A DNA stretch of 64,000 nucleotides, taken from an uncultured bacterium (GTDB lineage Bacteria; Zhuqueibacterota; QNDG01; DTFT01). The stretch is from assembly GCA_963736115.1 (NCBI GenBank), contig CAVTNR010000009.1, forward strand, positions 1 through 64,000. The letters run 5' to 3'. Under the pieces are notes generated by a model, which was not told the DNA's origin, ran no database searches, and saw only the letters and a list, made by a program, of their open reading frames with translations. Shown here in pieces: positions 47,101 to 56,847 of the stretch. Position numbers and translations under genes: made by a program. The first letter of the stretch is position 1. Every line of letters starts with the position of its first letter.

Positions 47101-47866
47101 GCTTCCCTCCCTCGGCCACCGGCTTTACAGCGTCTGGTTCCGGCATGTGCTCGTGTACACGCGGAACCTGGTCAGCAACGGGCTTCCACCCTTCATGGAC
47201 CCGTTGATTTTTCTCGCGGGCGTCGGGCTCGGCCTGGGCCGGTACATCGTGTCCATGGACAACCTGCCCTACATCCAGTTTCTCGGATCGGGCCTGCTGG
47301 TGACATCGTCGATGTACACCTCGGCGTTCGAGTGCACATACGGCACCTTCATCAGACTGGAATTCGACAAGGTATACGAAGGCATGCTGTCCGCGCCGAT
47401 CACGACATCGGACCTCATCGTCGGGGAAATCCTCTGGGCCGGTACCAAGGGATTGTTCTTTTCATTCGCCGTGTGCGTGGTGTTCGCGGTGTTCGGCGTG
47501 ATCCCGCTTTCCGCGAGCGTGCTCGCTCCGTTCGTGGGATTCCTCACGGGCCTGATGTTCGGGGCGCTGTCCCTTCTGATCACCTCTTTCGTCAACACCA
47601 TCAATCATTTCAGTTTCTATTTCACGGGCGTGCTGTCGCCCATGTTTTTCTTCTCGGGTGTGATCTTTCCGGTATCCAATCTGCCGAAACTCATACAACC
47701 TGTCGCCTGGGTCCTGCCGCTGAGTCATCCTGTGTCCATTGCCCGGGCTTTGACTGTGGGTCATTTATCTCCGGTTCTCCTCTTAAACCTCCTTTATATC
47801 ATATCACTTACAGTCATCACCGGATATTTTGCAGTTCGCCGGCTGAGGAAACGTCTGGTTCAATAA
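47087..47866 (+). CDS. ABC-2 permease (NodJ-like)
   Basis: Six TMs; [17 protein letters not shown]. Confidence 0.9.
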   Translation: MSSNKLPSLGHRLYSVWFRHVLVYTRNLVSNGLPPFMDPLIFLAGVGLGLGRYIVSMDNLPYIQFLGSGLLVTSSMYTSAFECTYGTFIRLEFDKVYEGMLSAPITTSDLIVGEILWAGTKGLFFSFAVCVVFAVFGVIPLSASVLAPFVGFLTGLMFGALSLLITSFVNTINHFSFYFTGVLSPMFFFSGVIFPVSNLPKLIQPVAWVLPLSHPVSIARALTVGHLSPVLLLNLLYIISLTVITGYFAVRRLRKRLVQ

Positions 47867-47892
47867 ACTCACACAACAAGTAATTAAAAATA

Positions 47893-47945
47893 TTGACTTT
47901 AGATTCAATATTTTTTAAATTGTTCTGTATTGGCTTATTAGTACA
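47893..47945 (+). promoter_or_regulatory. Promoter with YtrA-type operator
   Basis: TTGACT-17-TAAATT followed by palindrome TGTATTGGCTTATTAGTACA (47926-47945). Confidence 0.65.
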
Positions 47946-48001
47946 CTGTCTTTATCGAGAACTCCCATTTTTCGATAATTCGACTACAGGAGAGACGACT
48001 C

Positions 48002-48388
48002 GTGAATTTTATCAGGGACAGATCGATTTATCTTCAGATCTCGGACGATTTTTGCGATAAAATTCTGACGAGAGAGTGGAAACCGGGGGATAGAATTCCG
48101 TCAGTCAGAGACATGGCAGCGACCTTTCAAGTCAATCCCAATACGATGATGAGGGCTTACACACTCCTTCAGGAAAAGGGGATTATCGTCATACGGCGAG
48201 GCATCGGCTTTTTCGTCTCTGAAGACGCCTACGCGTACGCGACGGACCTCCGGAAGGACGATTTTCTGAATCGGGATCTTCCCCGGTTCTTCTCGACACT
48301 CCGGTCTCTGAACCTGAATCTGGACGATCTGAAAAACCGTTACGAGGGGTTTTCAAGAAGGCAGGAATCCCTTTCGTGGGAGAAATGA
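48002..48388 (+). CDS. GntR family regulator, YtrA subfamily
   Basis: IYLQI...IPSVRDMA...VNPNTMMRAY...RRGIGFFV; 128 aa. Confidence 0.92.
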   Translation: MNFIRDRSIYLQISDDFCDKILTREWKPGDRIPSVRDMAATFQVNPNTMMRAYTLLQEKGIIVIRRGIGFFVSEDAYAYATDLRKDDFLNRDLPRFFSTLRSLNLNLDDLKNRYEGFSRRQESLSWEK

Positions 48389-48488
48389 CCTGCCCCCGGA
48401 TGATGGCTCGGATGAATTGATCTGACTCGCTTGTATCGGGGGAACATAATTTCAGCGGGCGCACCCGTAACCGGTCATCACTCCGGTG

Positions 48489-49763
48489 TTATCTTAGATG
48501 CCGGTCCGCGAATTGGATTATGGCCGCCCAGTCCACGGGAGTCATGGAATGCCGGCCCGGCCGGATGAACCAGCCAAGCTGCGATTTCACGAGTTTTCCT
48601 TCTTTCGGCATGCGCCTCGCCTTCAGCCCCTGAACTCCCAGAAATTCGTAAACAACGCCCGCTCGTTTGGCCATCTCAAACACGCCTTCCGGATTTCCCC
48701 AGGTATCCTCAGTCGCGGCTGTCAACAGAACAGGCCTGGGCGCCAGGAGCGAGAGAAGGGCGTGCTGGTCGAAAGGCAGTCTTTCCGGAGCGTCATTGAA
48801 TTCGTGGAACGCCCCGCAGAACCAATGCGGGAACTTCGTGTTGATAATCCGGACGGACTCTCCGACATGGGAACGGTCCGGCGCCGCGCCTCCGCATCCG
48901 GTCTGATGGCCGATCACGACTGACAGCCGGGTGTCGAGCGCGGCGGCCAGCAGGGCGGCCTTGCCGAGCCGCGAGAACCCGACCACAGCGATGCGTCCCG
49001 GGTCGATTTCCGGTACCGTGATCAGATAATCGACCGCGCGGGAAATCCCCCACGCCCACGCCGCGATCGTTCCCCAGTCATGCGGGCCCGGTTCGGTGCG
49101 TCCGTTCACCGGAATTCGATAACGGACGCCATCGCGCAGGTCGGGGTTGTCCGGCTCCACATCCCCCCGGTAGAAAGTCGCGACCGCATACCCCCGGCTG
49201 ATCGTCTTCTCGATGCACCACTCATCGGTTCGGGTTCCCCGGCCCGCTTCCGTCGCGCGGTTGTCTGTCACGCCCGGGCTTTTCTCGGACATCCAGCCCG
49301 CTGGGAGGGCAACCGCGGTGTCGTTCAGAAGCGTATGGTTCCCGTCAAAATTCGCGCCCACGAAGCAGGGAGACGGCCTGCGGCCCCGGTTGGGCACGAC
49401 AACCATGAGCCGCATAACAATAGACGGTTCCGTACCAAGGCGGATCTCGACTTCGCTGAGCGTGGCTTTTCCTCCGAACGCGGCCGGATTCGTCCGCCGC
49501 ACGGCCGCGCGGAGTTCCGCCGGAGCCGGAGGCGGAAATCCGTACATGTAATGCTGGAACAGGTTTTTCAGTTCGGGCACCCGTTTCCCGTACCAATCCT
49601 CAACGGATCGAACCGGGCTTCCGTCTGCCATGACCAGCGGATCGGGAAAATCCGGGACGGACGGAAGGCTGTCGAAAGGCGCGTAGGACGGCTGGCTGAG
49701 ACAGGCTGCCGCAAAAAAAGTCAGAATAATGCGGATCGGGCGGCTGATCGTTCCTATTTTCAT
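48489..49763 (-). CDS. CE15 glucuronoyl esterase-like alpha/beta hydrolase
   Basis: WGTIAAWAWG, GFSRLGK nucleophile elbow, FPHWF, LPFDQH, APRP; signal peptide. Confidence 0.85.
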   Translation of the reverse strand: MKIGTISRPIRIILTFFAAACLSQPSYAPFDSLPSVPDFPDPLVMADGSPVRSVEDWYGKRVPELKNLFQHYMYGFPPPAPAELRAAVRRTNPAAFGGKATLSEVEIRLGTEPSIVMRLMVVVPNRGRRPSPCFVGANFDGNHTLLNDTAVALPAGWMSEKSPGVTDNRATEAGRGTRTDEWCIEKTISRGYAVATFYRGDVEPDNPDLRDGVRYRIPVNGRTEPGPHDWGTIAAWAWGISRAVDYLITVPEIDPGRIAVVGFSRLGKAALLAAALDTRLSVVIGHQTGCGGAAPDRSHVGESVRIINTKFPHWFCGAFHEFNDAPERLPFDQHALLSLLAPRPVLLTAATEDTWGNPEGVFEMAKRAGVVYEFLGVQGLKARRMPKEGKLVKSQLGWFIRPGRHSMTPVDWAAIIQFADRHLR

Positions 49764-49891
49764 GTCTCCTCCGTACGATGAAGGGATCGAACCCTTATTA
49801 ATATCGATAAAACAGCGGACACATGCAATCCGGATTTTATGCTTGATTTTTCCGGGCTGGATGGGTATTTTAAAAAAATACAGGAGCGGAT

Positions 49892-50401
49892 ATGCCCTCT
49901 TCCCGCGTCACCCGCAAGCAGGAGAACAGCAAATTGTGTCTGGTCTGCGGGCTTCAGAATCCTTTCGGATTGAAAACCTCCTTTTACGAGACGGAGACGA
50001 ACGAGCTGGTCGGCATTTTCACGCCGGGCGAAACGCTCCAGAGTTATCCCGGGCGCCTGCACGGCGGCGTCACCACCGCGATTCTCGACGAGACCGTGGG
50101 ACGCTCGATCAATGCGAACCGGCAGGACATGATATGGGGCGTGACCGTGGAATTCACCGTGCGGTTCAAGAAGCCCGTTCCGCTGGATACGGAGCTGAAA
50201 GTCGTGGGCCGCATCACGGCCGAAACGAGCAGGACATTCGAGGGTCAGGGCGAACTGATCCTGCCGGACGGCACCGTGGCCGCCATCGGTACCGGGAAAT
50301 ACCTGAAACTGCCTCTTGATAAAATCGCGGATTTTGATTTCGATGAACAGGACTGGAAGATCGTGCCGTCGGAGAAGGATCCGGGGAGCGTGGAGTGGTA
50401 A
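49892..50401 (+). CDS. PaaI family thioesterase
   Basis: CLVCG..NPFGL, YPGRLHGG...LDE. Confidence 0.88.
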   Translation: MPSSRVTRKQENSKLCLVCGLQNPFGLKTSFYETETNELVGIFTPGETLQSYPGRLHGGVTTAILDETVGRSINANRQDMIWGVTVEFTVRFKKPVPLDTELKVVGRITAETSRTFEGQGELILPDGTVAAIGTGKYLKLPLDKIADFDFDEQDWKIVPSEKDPGSVEW

Positions 50402-50407
50402 GAAATC

Positions 50408-50490
50408 GGTTCCGAGTTCCGAATTCCGGGTTCCGAGTATACTGACCAGTCAGAAGCATTTCTTTCGACCCGGAACTCGGAACCCGGAAC
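50408..50490. repeat. Inverted heptamer tandem array
   Basis: (GTTCCGA-like)x4 facing (CGGAAC)x3 with 7-nt period. Confidence 0.85.
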
Positions 50491-50527
50491 ATTTTGAATG
50501 CTTGGCGAAAAAAACGTACTTGTTCCT

Positions 50528-51802
50528 TTATATTCCGAGATATTTCAACAGCCCGCAATACTGTTTTTCCCCCGGAAACTTCGCGTACACAGTGATTTCT
50601 CCTCGCAAGGCACGGACTTCTCCCTCAAACCATTCCCCGTTCCGCTCGAGCAGTCTGAAGCTCTTCCCCATATCGACCATGACTTCTTCCGCGCCTGGAA
50701 CGCGCAGACGAAACGGAATTCCGGTTCCGGATCGGAGCCGTCCGGTCAGAGGGGCGGCCAGATACGCGCCATGCTCCATGAAACCCTGATAGGTCTCCGG
50801 GAAAACGACACCCACCCCGGACCGTCGCAGGCCGCGGACACGGTAATCGACCGCCCATTCCGCGGGTCCGGAATCGGAAGCGTCTTTGGCAAAAATACGG
50901 AGAATGTAATCTCCGGATTTCGGAATCGCGGCATGGACCCTCAGGGTTCCGCCGTGCCTCTGGCTGAATGTAGTTCCCGGATCAAGGGATGATTCCGTAA
51001 CGGATGTCAGAAGGCGGGCGAGCACAACGGTTCCGGCTGGCGCGGCCAGCGTGACGAGCACCGTGTCCACGGCCTCAATGCGGCAGGTCCCGTGGCTTGC
51101 CGTTTCCAATCCGAAACGAAAAAAAGCCGGACGGATGAACGGCTGTCCGTCGAACTGAGCCCGGGTTACGGCCGGATCAAGCAGCTGCCATGCGGCATCC
51201 TCAGGGAAGTGCGTGGCAATGAGCTTTTCCGGCGGAGTGAAGAAAAAATACTCATCGAAGCGGCGTACGTATTTCCCGGCCTCGTCCAGAACACCGCCGC
51301 CCCAGGTGGGATCCACAAGCTTCCAATGTCCGTTGACGCGGACGGCGTTCCACGCATGGTCAGGCCCGCCGCGAATGGGCTCTCCGACCTCGGACCCGTA
51401 ACCCCGCGCCCAGCCGCTGACCGTGACGATCTCCAAACCCGCGGCCTTGCCCAGCGCCTCGAACAGGGATGAGAATCCCTCGCACACCGCGGTCCGGTTT
51501 CTGAGCGCGCCTGCAGCTCCCGAGGACCGGAGGCGGCCTGAAAAATATGCCTGCGTATCATACCGGATATTCGCGGCCACCCAGCGGTAAATCGCCCGCG
51601 CTTTCTCAGTGTCGTTCCGGCATGGTTTTGTCAGATACCGCGCCAGCGATTGAACGGAAGCTTCCGCGGAGCGTGGCGCTGCCAGCGCGTGGCGGTCTAT
51701 GGCGGCATACGGATTGGGATCGGCCGCCGATCCCGAAAAAACTGCGGCGAGGATCAGCGCGATGGGGTGACTCCGCCGGACTCTATTTGTCACCGGCTTC
51801 AT
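50528..51802 (-). CDS. Secreted transglutaminase-like protein (KY/Cyk3-like)
   Basis: KARAIYRWV, AVCEGFS, HAWNAV, VDPTWG (Cys-His-Asp triad). Confidence 0.85.
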   Translation of the reverse strand: MKPVTNRVRRSHPIALILAAVFSGSAADPNPYAAIDRHALAAPRSAEASVQSLARYLTKPCRNDTEKARAIYRWVAANIRYDTQAYFSGRLRSSGAAGALRNRTAVCEGFSSLFEALGKAAGLEIVTVSGWARGYGSEVGEPIRGGPDHAWNAVRVNGHWKLVDPTWGGGVLDEAGKYVRRFDEYFFFTPPEKLIATHFPEDAAWQLLDPAVTRAQFDGQPFIRPAFFRFGLETASHGTCRIEAVDTVLVTLAAPAGTVVLARLLTSVTESSLDPGTTFSQRHGGTLRVHAAIPKSGDYILRIFAKDASDSGPAEWAVDYRVRGLRRSGVGVVFPETYQGFMEHGAYLAAPLTGRLRSGTGIPFRLRVPGAEEVMVDMGKSFRLLERNGEWFEGEVRALRGEITVYAKFPGEKQYCGLLKYLGI

Positions 51803-52343
51803 CCTGCTCCACGCGAATCAGTTTCGAAACGTCGAATCCGTTTTCGCTGACGTATTGCACCAGCGATTTGTACAGGGCTTCGTCCATGACCGGTTCGCGA
51901 CAGAGGAACCAGAGATAGTTATTCTGACTGCTGGTCACCACGGCCCATCGGTATTCCGGATCAAGCCGGATGATCTTGTATTCCGCGGAAAAAGGCCAGA
52001 AGAACCGGACCTTCAGCCGGGCCGGGACATCCGGATCCGGAACCCAGGCCTTTCCCTCGGCCTGCGACCATTTGTTTTTGGCGGCTTTGAATCCGCGGTT
52101 CAGGACCTGGATGGTTCCGTTCGGGTTGAGGGTGTAGGTGGCAGTCACGCGGGACAAGCCTTTTTCGAACCGGTGCGGCAGACGGGCGATTTCATACCAG
52201 GTGCCGAGATAACGGTTCAATTCGAAATCCGGAACCGGCGGTATGTTTTCCGTGCTCTCCGCGGCCCCGGCGGTCCCCGCCCCCGCGACAGCGATCATCA
52301 TCAGCACGATCATTCTGGTCAAGATCATGACGTTTTCCTCCAT
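51783..52343 (-). CDS. blc: Lipocalin (Blc family)
   Basis: RYLGTWYEIARL, ATY, LKVRFFWPF. Confidence 0.88.
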   Translation of the reverse strand: MEENVMILTRMIVLMMIAVAGAGTAGAAESTENIPPVPDFELNRYLGTWYEIARLPHRFEKGLSRVTATYTLNPNGTIQVLNRGFKAAKNKWSQAEGKAWVPDPDVPARLKVRFFWPFSAEYKIIRLDPEYRWAVVTSSQNNYLWFLCREPVMDEALYKSLVQYVSENGFDVSKLIRVEQDEAGDK

Positions 52344-52524
52344 GTGGCCTCTTGCCTGTTGAACGTCGGGAACCGGATATTGGATTCAGCCCGTCCGGTC
52401 TATTGAAAAGGTATCACAAACAACCGGCATTTCAAAACGGAAAATGCGGGACCCGGAAGGGGATGGAAGAGAATATGCGCTTAACAAACTCCGCCGCCCC
52501 GCTGCGCGGAGGGCGTCAAAGACA

Positions 52525-52640
52525 TTGAAGCTCCCCGCGGCAAGCCGCGGGGAATCTTCTATCTGTAGTGAAGAAAATATATTATATTCGCTCGCTTACC
52601 CCGCCGCAAGCGGCGGGGAATGCGCGAGCGATCAGATTCA
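52525..52640. mobile_element. Uninterrupted 116-bp two-hairpin non-autonomous element (IS200/IS605-end-like)
   Basis: TTGAAGCTCCCCGCGGCAAGCCGCGGGGAATC...CCCCGCCGCAAGCGGCGGGGAATGCG...GATTCA; homologous to the 25535-25826 backbone. Confidence 0.75.
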
Positions 52641-52654
52641 TTTGAAATCCGACA

Positions 52655-52689
52655 GAGCCCCGCCCCGGATCAAGCTCGAGGCGGGGCTC
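52655..52689. terminator. Hairpin downstream of the signal peptidase gene
   Basis: GAGCCCCGCC...GGCGGGGCTC. Confidence 0.45.
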
Positions 52690-52759
52690 GCAGTGACACC
52701 CCTGTCAGATGACAAGCGCCCAACAGTCAGGGTAACGAACCGGACACATGAAAATTGGA

Positions 52760-53617
52760 CTATTGAACGATTTTCCCGATCCTCCCCAACCTCCACCGGA
52801 ACGGCCCGTTGGACGAGAAATAAACGAACATCGGCTTGCCGCGGATGAGATGCCGCGGAATCGGGCCGAACTGCCGGCTGTCTTTCGAATGATCCGGGTT
52901 GTCACCCGTGACGAAATACGCGTCCCGCGGCACCACCACGGGATCGAATGATCCGGAGTCCGAACGCGTTCCGGAAAAAGCGGGACCTGGAGCCGTATTC
53001 CCGTTCACCATCAGCCTGCCTCCCGCCATCTGAACCGTATCCCCGGGCATCCCCGTGATCCGCTTGATGAAATTCGATTTCCCGTCCTCCGGAGACTTGA
53101 ATATCACGACGTCTCCCGCCGCCGGGTTGTGATCCGTGAAATAGAGTTGATTGCTCAACACGTGATCGCCCGGCTCGAGCGTGGGCGTCATGGATCCGGT
53201 TGGAATGCGGAAAGCCTTGAGTATGTGCTCGCCTACGGCCGAAGACAGTGAAGCCTGAACGGTCAGGCACACCGCCAATACCCCCGCGTAAAGAAGGGGC
53301 GTGTTGTATTTCCGCGGCGAAAAATCCGCACCGGCCCGGAGGGCTCCCCGCATCGCCTCGACCGCGACGGCCAGCTGGGCGGCCAGGCCGAGAAGGAAAA
53401 GGCCGGTCAGCGCGGCAGCGGAACCGGCCGTGACGGAAAGCTTCAACGTCCGGATCAGGACCGCGAACACCACGCCGCCCCAGATCGTGAACAGAAAATT
53501 AAAAAGAAGTCCTTTCGCAGCCTGTCCATTGTACACCTGCCCCAGGCCAGGCACCAGATAGCTGAGCAATCCGGCTACCCACCAGCGCCGGGTCGATCCC
53601 GCGCGTTTCTTTTCCAT
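52760..53617 (-). CDS. lepB: Signal peptidase I with multi-TM N-terminal domain
   Basis: IPTGSMTPTL, FIKRI, GDNPDHSKDSR; N-terminal PGLGQVYNG. Confidence 0.9.
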   Translation of the reverse strand: MEKKRAGSTRRWWVAGLLSYLVPGLGQVYNGQAAKGLLFNFLFTIWGGVVFAVLIRTLKLSVTAGSAAALTGLFLLGLAAQLAVAVEAMRGALRAGADFSPRKYNTPLLYAGVLAVCLTVQASLSSAVGEHILKAFRIPTGSMTPTLEPGDHVLSNQLYFTDHNPAAGDVVIFKSPEDGKSNFIKRITGMPGDTVQMAGGRLMVNGNTAPGPAFSGTRSDSGSFDPVVVPRDAYFVTGDNPDHSKDSRQFGPIPRHLIRGKPMFVYFSSNGPFRWRLGRIGKIVQ

Positions 53618-53650
53618 TCTTTCCTCTCTTCTTGATTGGGACAAGGTTGG

Positions 53651-53890
53651 TCAGAACCCGATTCGGAAAACTGAGGCGATGCGGCCGACCAGGAACCATC
53701 GTTCAGGCAAAAGCAGTTCGAGCAGCCATCCCGCCGTCACCGCGGCGCCGAAAGCGTTTTCCCACCGGGATAATCCCCGCTGGACGGCCGGAGTCCCCGC
53801 GTATGCGGTCCATGCCCGGGGGCGTTCCGCGTCCGGCAGAGCGGACAGCTGATGCTGGTAAAACCGATTCATGGTCCTCTCAATTTTCAT
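53651..53890 (-). CDS. Small membrane protein, possible anti-sigma factor
   Basis: Overlaps the ECF sigma stop; C-terminal hydrophobic segment. Confidence 0.45.
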   Translation of the reverse strand: MKIERTMNRFYQHQLSALPDAERPRAWTAYAGTPAVQRGLSRWENAFGAAVTAGWLLELLLPERWFLVGRIASVFRIGF

Positions 53891-54440
53891 GATCCGCCAG
53901 TACCTCCTTTAATGCGCCGCGTATCGCGAACAGCCTCGATTTGACAGTTCCCTCGGGCAGGTCGAGTATCTCCCCGATACTGCGGTTTTTCATCCCCTCG
54001 AAATACCGGAGAAAGGCCATTTCCCGCGAGTCCGGGTCGAGCGTCGCGAGTGCTTCCCCGATGATCCTGTTCCTTTCGCTTTCGATGAGCATGGATTCCG
54101 GGGTGTCGGGATCGATGAATCGACCGTCCCCGTCTTCGGGAACCCCGGAGGACCTGATCTCAGGCTTCTTCAGCGCCGCCTGGTTGATGCAATGATTCCT
54201 CGCGATAGTGAAAACCCACGTAACGAAAGGACGGGACGGGTCGAACCGGTCCAGGTTCCGGAAAACCTTGATGAAGACTTCCTGCACCAGGTCCTCCGCT
54301 TCGGACGGATGACGCTGCCGGACGAAGTACAGGATGCGTTTGTGATAGAGCCTCCAGATACGGTCGAATGCCTTCTCGCGGCCTGCTTCCCCGCCCCTGG
54401 ACATCCAGTAAATGATCCATTTTTCCAGACGTTCGCTCAA
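53880..54440 (-). CDS. ECF RNA polymerase sigma factor
   Basis: AEDLVQEVF, TWVFTIARNHC, EGTVKSRL; start approximate. Confidence 0.92.
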   Translation of the reverse strand: MSERLEKWIIYWMSRGGEAGREKAFDRIWRLYHKRILYFVRQRHPSEAEDLVQEVFIKVFRNLDRFDPSRPFVTWVFTIARNHCINQAALKKPEIRSSGVPEDGDGRFIDPDTPESMLIESERNRIIGEALATLDPDSREMAFLRYFEGMKNRSIGEILDLPEGTVKSRLFAIRGALKEVLADHEN

Positions 54441-54532
54441 AAATGGAGTCTCCGTAGTATTCTCTATCCAGGTATACCGGAAAAGGACGAAAGAGTTTAA
54501 AAAAAGGGACCCCGGGGTCCCCCTGACAGGAA

Positions 54533-54568
54533 AACCTCCCGCAGGTTCATACAAACCCGCGGGAGGTT
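54533..54568. repeat. Palindrome/terminator-like hairpin
   Basis: AACCTCCCGC..GTT....AAC..GCGGGAGGTT; resembles 59741-59773. Confidence 0.5.
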
Positions 54569-54604
54569 CCTTTTGAGGCCTATTAAAACAATGGGTTGGG
54601 CGTA

Positions 54605-56368
54605 TCAATCCTCCGCCAGTACCGCCTCCCTTTCGCCCTGCACGGAATTCACGAGCAGGATCCGATCGCATTTTCGCAATTCGTCTACTGGGAGAATCCG
54701 CTCACGGATGAGGCCTCTGGACAGCATCCACCCCCGGTACGTCCCCGCCAGAAGGCCTGACGACACCGGCGGCGTCCACAGACCGCCGTCCGATTCGACG
54801 AAGATGTTCGCGATGGAGGATTCGGTCACCTCGTTCCGCTCGTTCCATAAAATGACGTCATCACAGCCGGGTCGGCCGCGTCTGGCTTCGTCATATACTG
54901 ACCTGTGCGTCGTCTTGTGATATAGAAACGGATCAGAGGAATCCACGGGCGACAGGGAGAGACAGACGCGCACCGGGCCGGAAGTTCGAGGCTCCGGAAG
55001 CAGCTCGGCCCCGCATTCCGTAATGCCCTTCCGGTTTACGGTCAGGCGGACTTTGTGCCTGGCCCGCGGTAAATCGGCGGCTGTTGCATCCAGGCTTTCT
55101 CGCCACCCCGCAGGATCCGCCGGAATCGAGAAATAATCTGCGGATTCCGCCATCCGGCCGATATGGGCATCCAGCAGAAAATATCCCTCTTCAGGTGTCC
55201 AGAGTAAAGTCTCCAGCAGAGAAAAGGCGGGAACAGAACGGGTCAATATTTTTGCTTTCAACAGACACTCTTCGTACTCGTCCCCGGTCTCCGAATCCCA
55301 GACCACACCGCTTCCCAATCCATACTCTGCGGTGCGCCGGTCCAGGTCGACCAGTACCGTCCGTATGGCCACATTGAACTGCGCGATCCGGCCAGGCAGA
55401 ATAAATCCCGCGGCCCCGCAATAGATCCGCCGCGGATCCCGCTCGAGTTCACGGATGATTTTCATGGTTCCCGGCTTTGGAGCGCCGGTCACGGATGCGG
55501 GCGGGAAGAGGGCATGAAAAACGCCGGAGACAGACGCATCCGTCAAACAGGTCACGGTGGAGGTCATCTGCCAGAGCGTCGGATAAGCTTCCATCTCGAA
55601 CAGCGCGTCGGCCCGGACGCTTCCCATCCGGCCGATCCTGCCCATGTCGTTCCGCACCATGTCGACGATCATGATGTTCTCGGCGCGGTTCTTCTCTGAC
55701 TGCTTCAGGGTGAGCGCGGAAAGCGAATCCGCTTCGCGTGTGGGCCCGCGGGGCGCGGTTCCCTTCATCGGCCTGCTTTCCGCCTTTTCCCCGTCCAGGC
55801 GGAAAAACAGTTCCGGGGAAGCGCTCAGAATGGCCCAACGGCCCGCATGTAGAAAAGCGCCGTAGAGGCCCTGCTGGCTGGCCGCCATCCGGAGAAACAA
55901 TTCCCAGGGTTCGCCGGCGAACGCGGCTCTCAGACGGAATGTGTAATTCACCTGGTAGGTATTGCCGGCCAGCAGGTGTTCCCGTATGCGCCGGACCGCT
56001 TCGCGGTAATCCTCCCGGCTGATACTCGGCTCCCAATCGATGGATTCTGCGATATCGGATGCGTCCGGCTCCGGCAGGATGATTTCCTCCGAACGCTCGA
56101 ACAACCCGAACCAGAGCAGGGGGAAATCTCCGTCCGGATGGACTTTCAGCGCTTCGTCGAAGGCCGGCGCCGCCTCGTAGGAGACGAAGCCCGCAGCCTG
56201 CAGGCCTTCCCGTTCGACCCGCTCCTCGATTCGGTTCAGGGCCGGCATGACTTCGGAGCGGGAATGGATTTCGATGATCTCTGAGGGACAATGGAAAGCA
56301 AGCCAGGTTTTTCGCCTTGCATCAAAGAGAACTGCTCGGTCAGGCACCCGCATTTCGGCGGCTGTCAA
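54605..56368 (-). CDS. pabB: Aminodeoxychorismate synthase component I fused to a class IV aminotransferase/ADC lyase domain
   Basis: YQVNYT, SPELF, PMKGT, KNRAENIMIVDMVRND, SVTGAPK; C-terminal HKTT, SGLLAGT. Confidence 0.9.
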   Translation of the reverse strand: MTAAEMRVPDRAVLFDARRKTWLAFHCPSEIIEIHSRSEVMPALNRIEERVEREGLQAAGFVSYEAAPAFDEALKVHPDGDFPLLWFGLFERSEEIILPEPDASDIAESIDWEPSISREDYREAVRRIREHLLAGNTYQVNYTFRLRAAFAGEPWELFLRMAASQQGLYGAFLHAGRWAILSASPELFFRLDGEKAESRPMKGTAPRGPTREADSLSALTLKQSEKNRAENIMIVDMVRNDMGRIGRMGSVRADALFEMEAYPTLWQMTSTVTCLTDASVSGVFHALFPPASVTGAPKPGTMKIIRELERDPRRIYCGAAGFILPGRIAQFNVAIRTVLVDLDRRTAEYGLGSGVVWDSETGDEYEECLLKAKILTRSVPAFSLLETLLWTPEEGYFLLDAHIGRMAESADYFSIPADPAGWRESLDATAADLPRARHKVRLTVNRKGITECGAELLPEPRTSGPVRVCLSLSPVDSSDPFLYHKTTHRSVYDEARRGRPGCDDVILWNERNEVTESSIANIFVESDGGLWTPPVSSGLLAGTYRGWMLSRGLIRERILPVDELRKCDRILLVNSVQGEREAVLAED

Positions 56369-56847
56369 TGGAATTCAGTCCACAAAAGAGTTCCGGAGAC
56401 GGGACGCGTTCCGGTCCACCCAGGGATGTCGAGACAAATACCAGCCGCGCCCGCACGCGGGAAAGCCGATGAAAAAGCAGGGCAAAGCGCGCTGGTCAGA
56501 TCGCCGAGAACCGGCTGATGCCCCACAAGCAGGACGACATCGTCCGCGCCATCGAATTCCCGGATCACACGGATAAGATGGCCGGCTACCGACGCCTCGT
56601 ATATCCGGTCGTCCATGATGACGCGGCTTTCATCTGTCTTCAGAATCTCCGCCACAATGGTCGCGGTTTCTGCCGCGCGATCCGCCGGGCTGGTCATGAT
56701 ACGGTCCGGACGGATGGACCGATCCGCCAGTCTCCGGCCGGTTTCCCGGGCCTGCCGGACGCCCTCTCCGCTGAGCGGACGCCTCTCGTCAGATCCGTCC
56801 TTCGATGTGCCGGCGGCCGCGTGCCGCACAAGGATGAGGGTTTTCAC
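56365..56847 (-). CDS. sixA: Phosphohistidine phosphatase SixA family
   Basis: LVRHA, RPLS, TSPADRA, VGHQP. Confidence 0.85.
   Translation of the reverse strand: MKTLILVRHAAAGTSKDGSDERRPLSGEGVRQARETGRRLADRSIRPDRIMTSPADRAAETATIVAEILKTDESRVIMDDRIYEASVAGHLIRVIREFDGADDVVLLVGHQPVLGDLTSALCPAFSSAFPRAGAAGICLDIPGWTGTRPVSGTLLWTEFH

Noticed and set aside
52479-52520. Integron attC site (GCTTAAC...)
   Set aside because: No matching GTTRRRY end, no cassette array and no integrase
54605-56368. PabB-PabC fusion as a novelty
   Set aside because: This fusion is a known, widespread architecture
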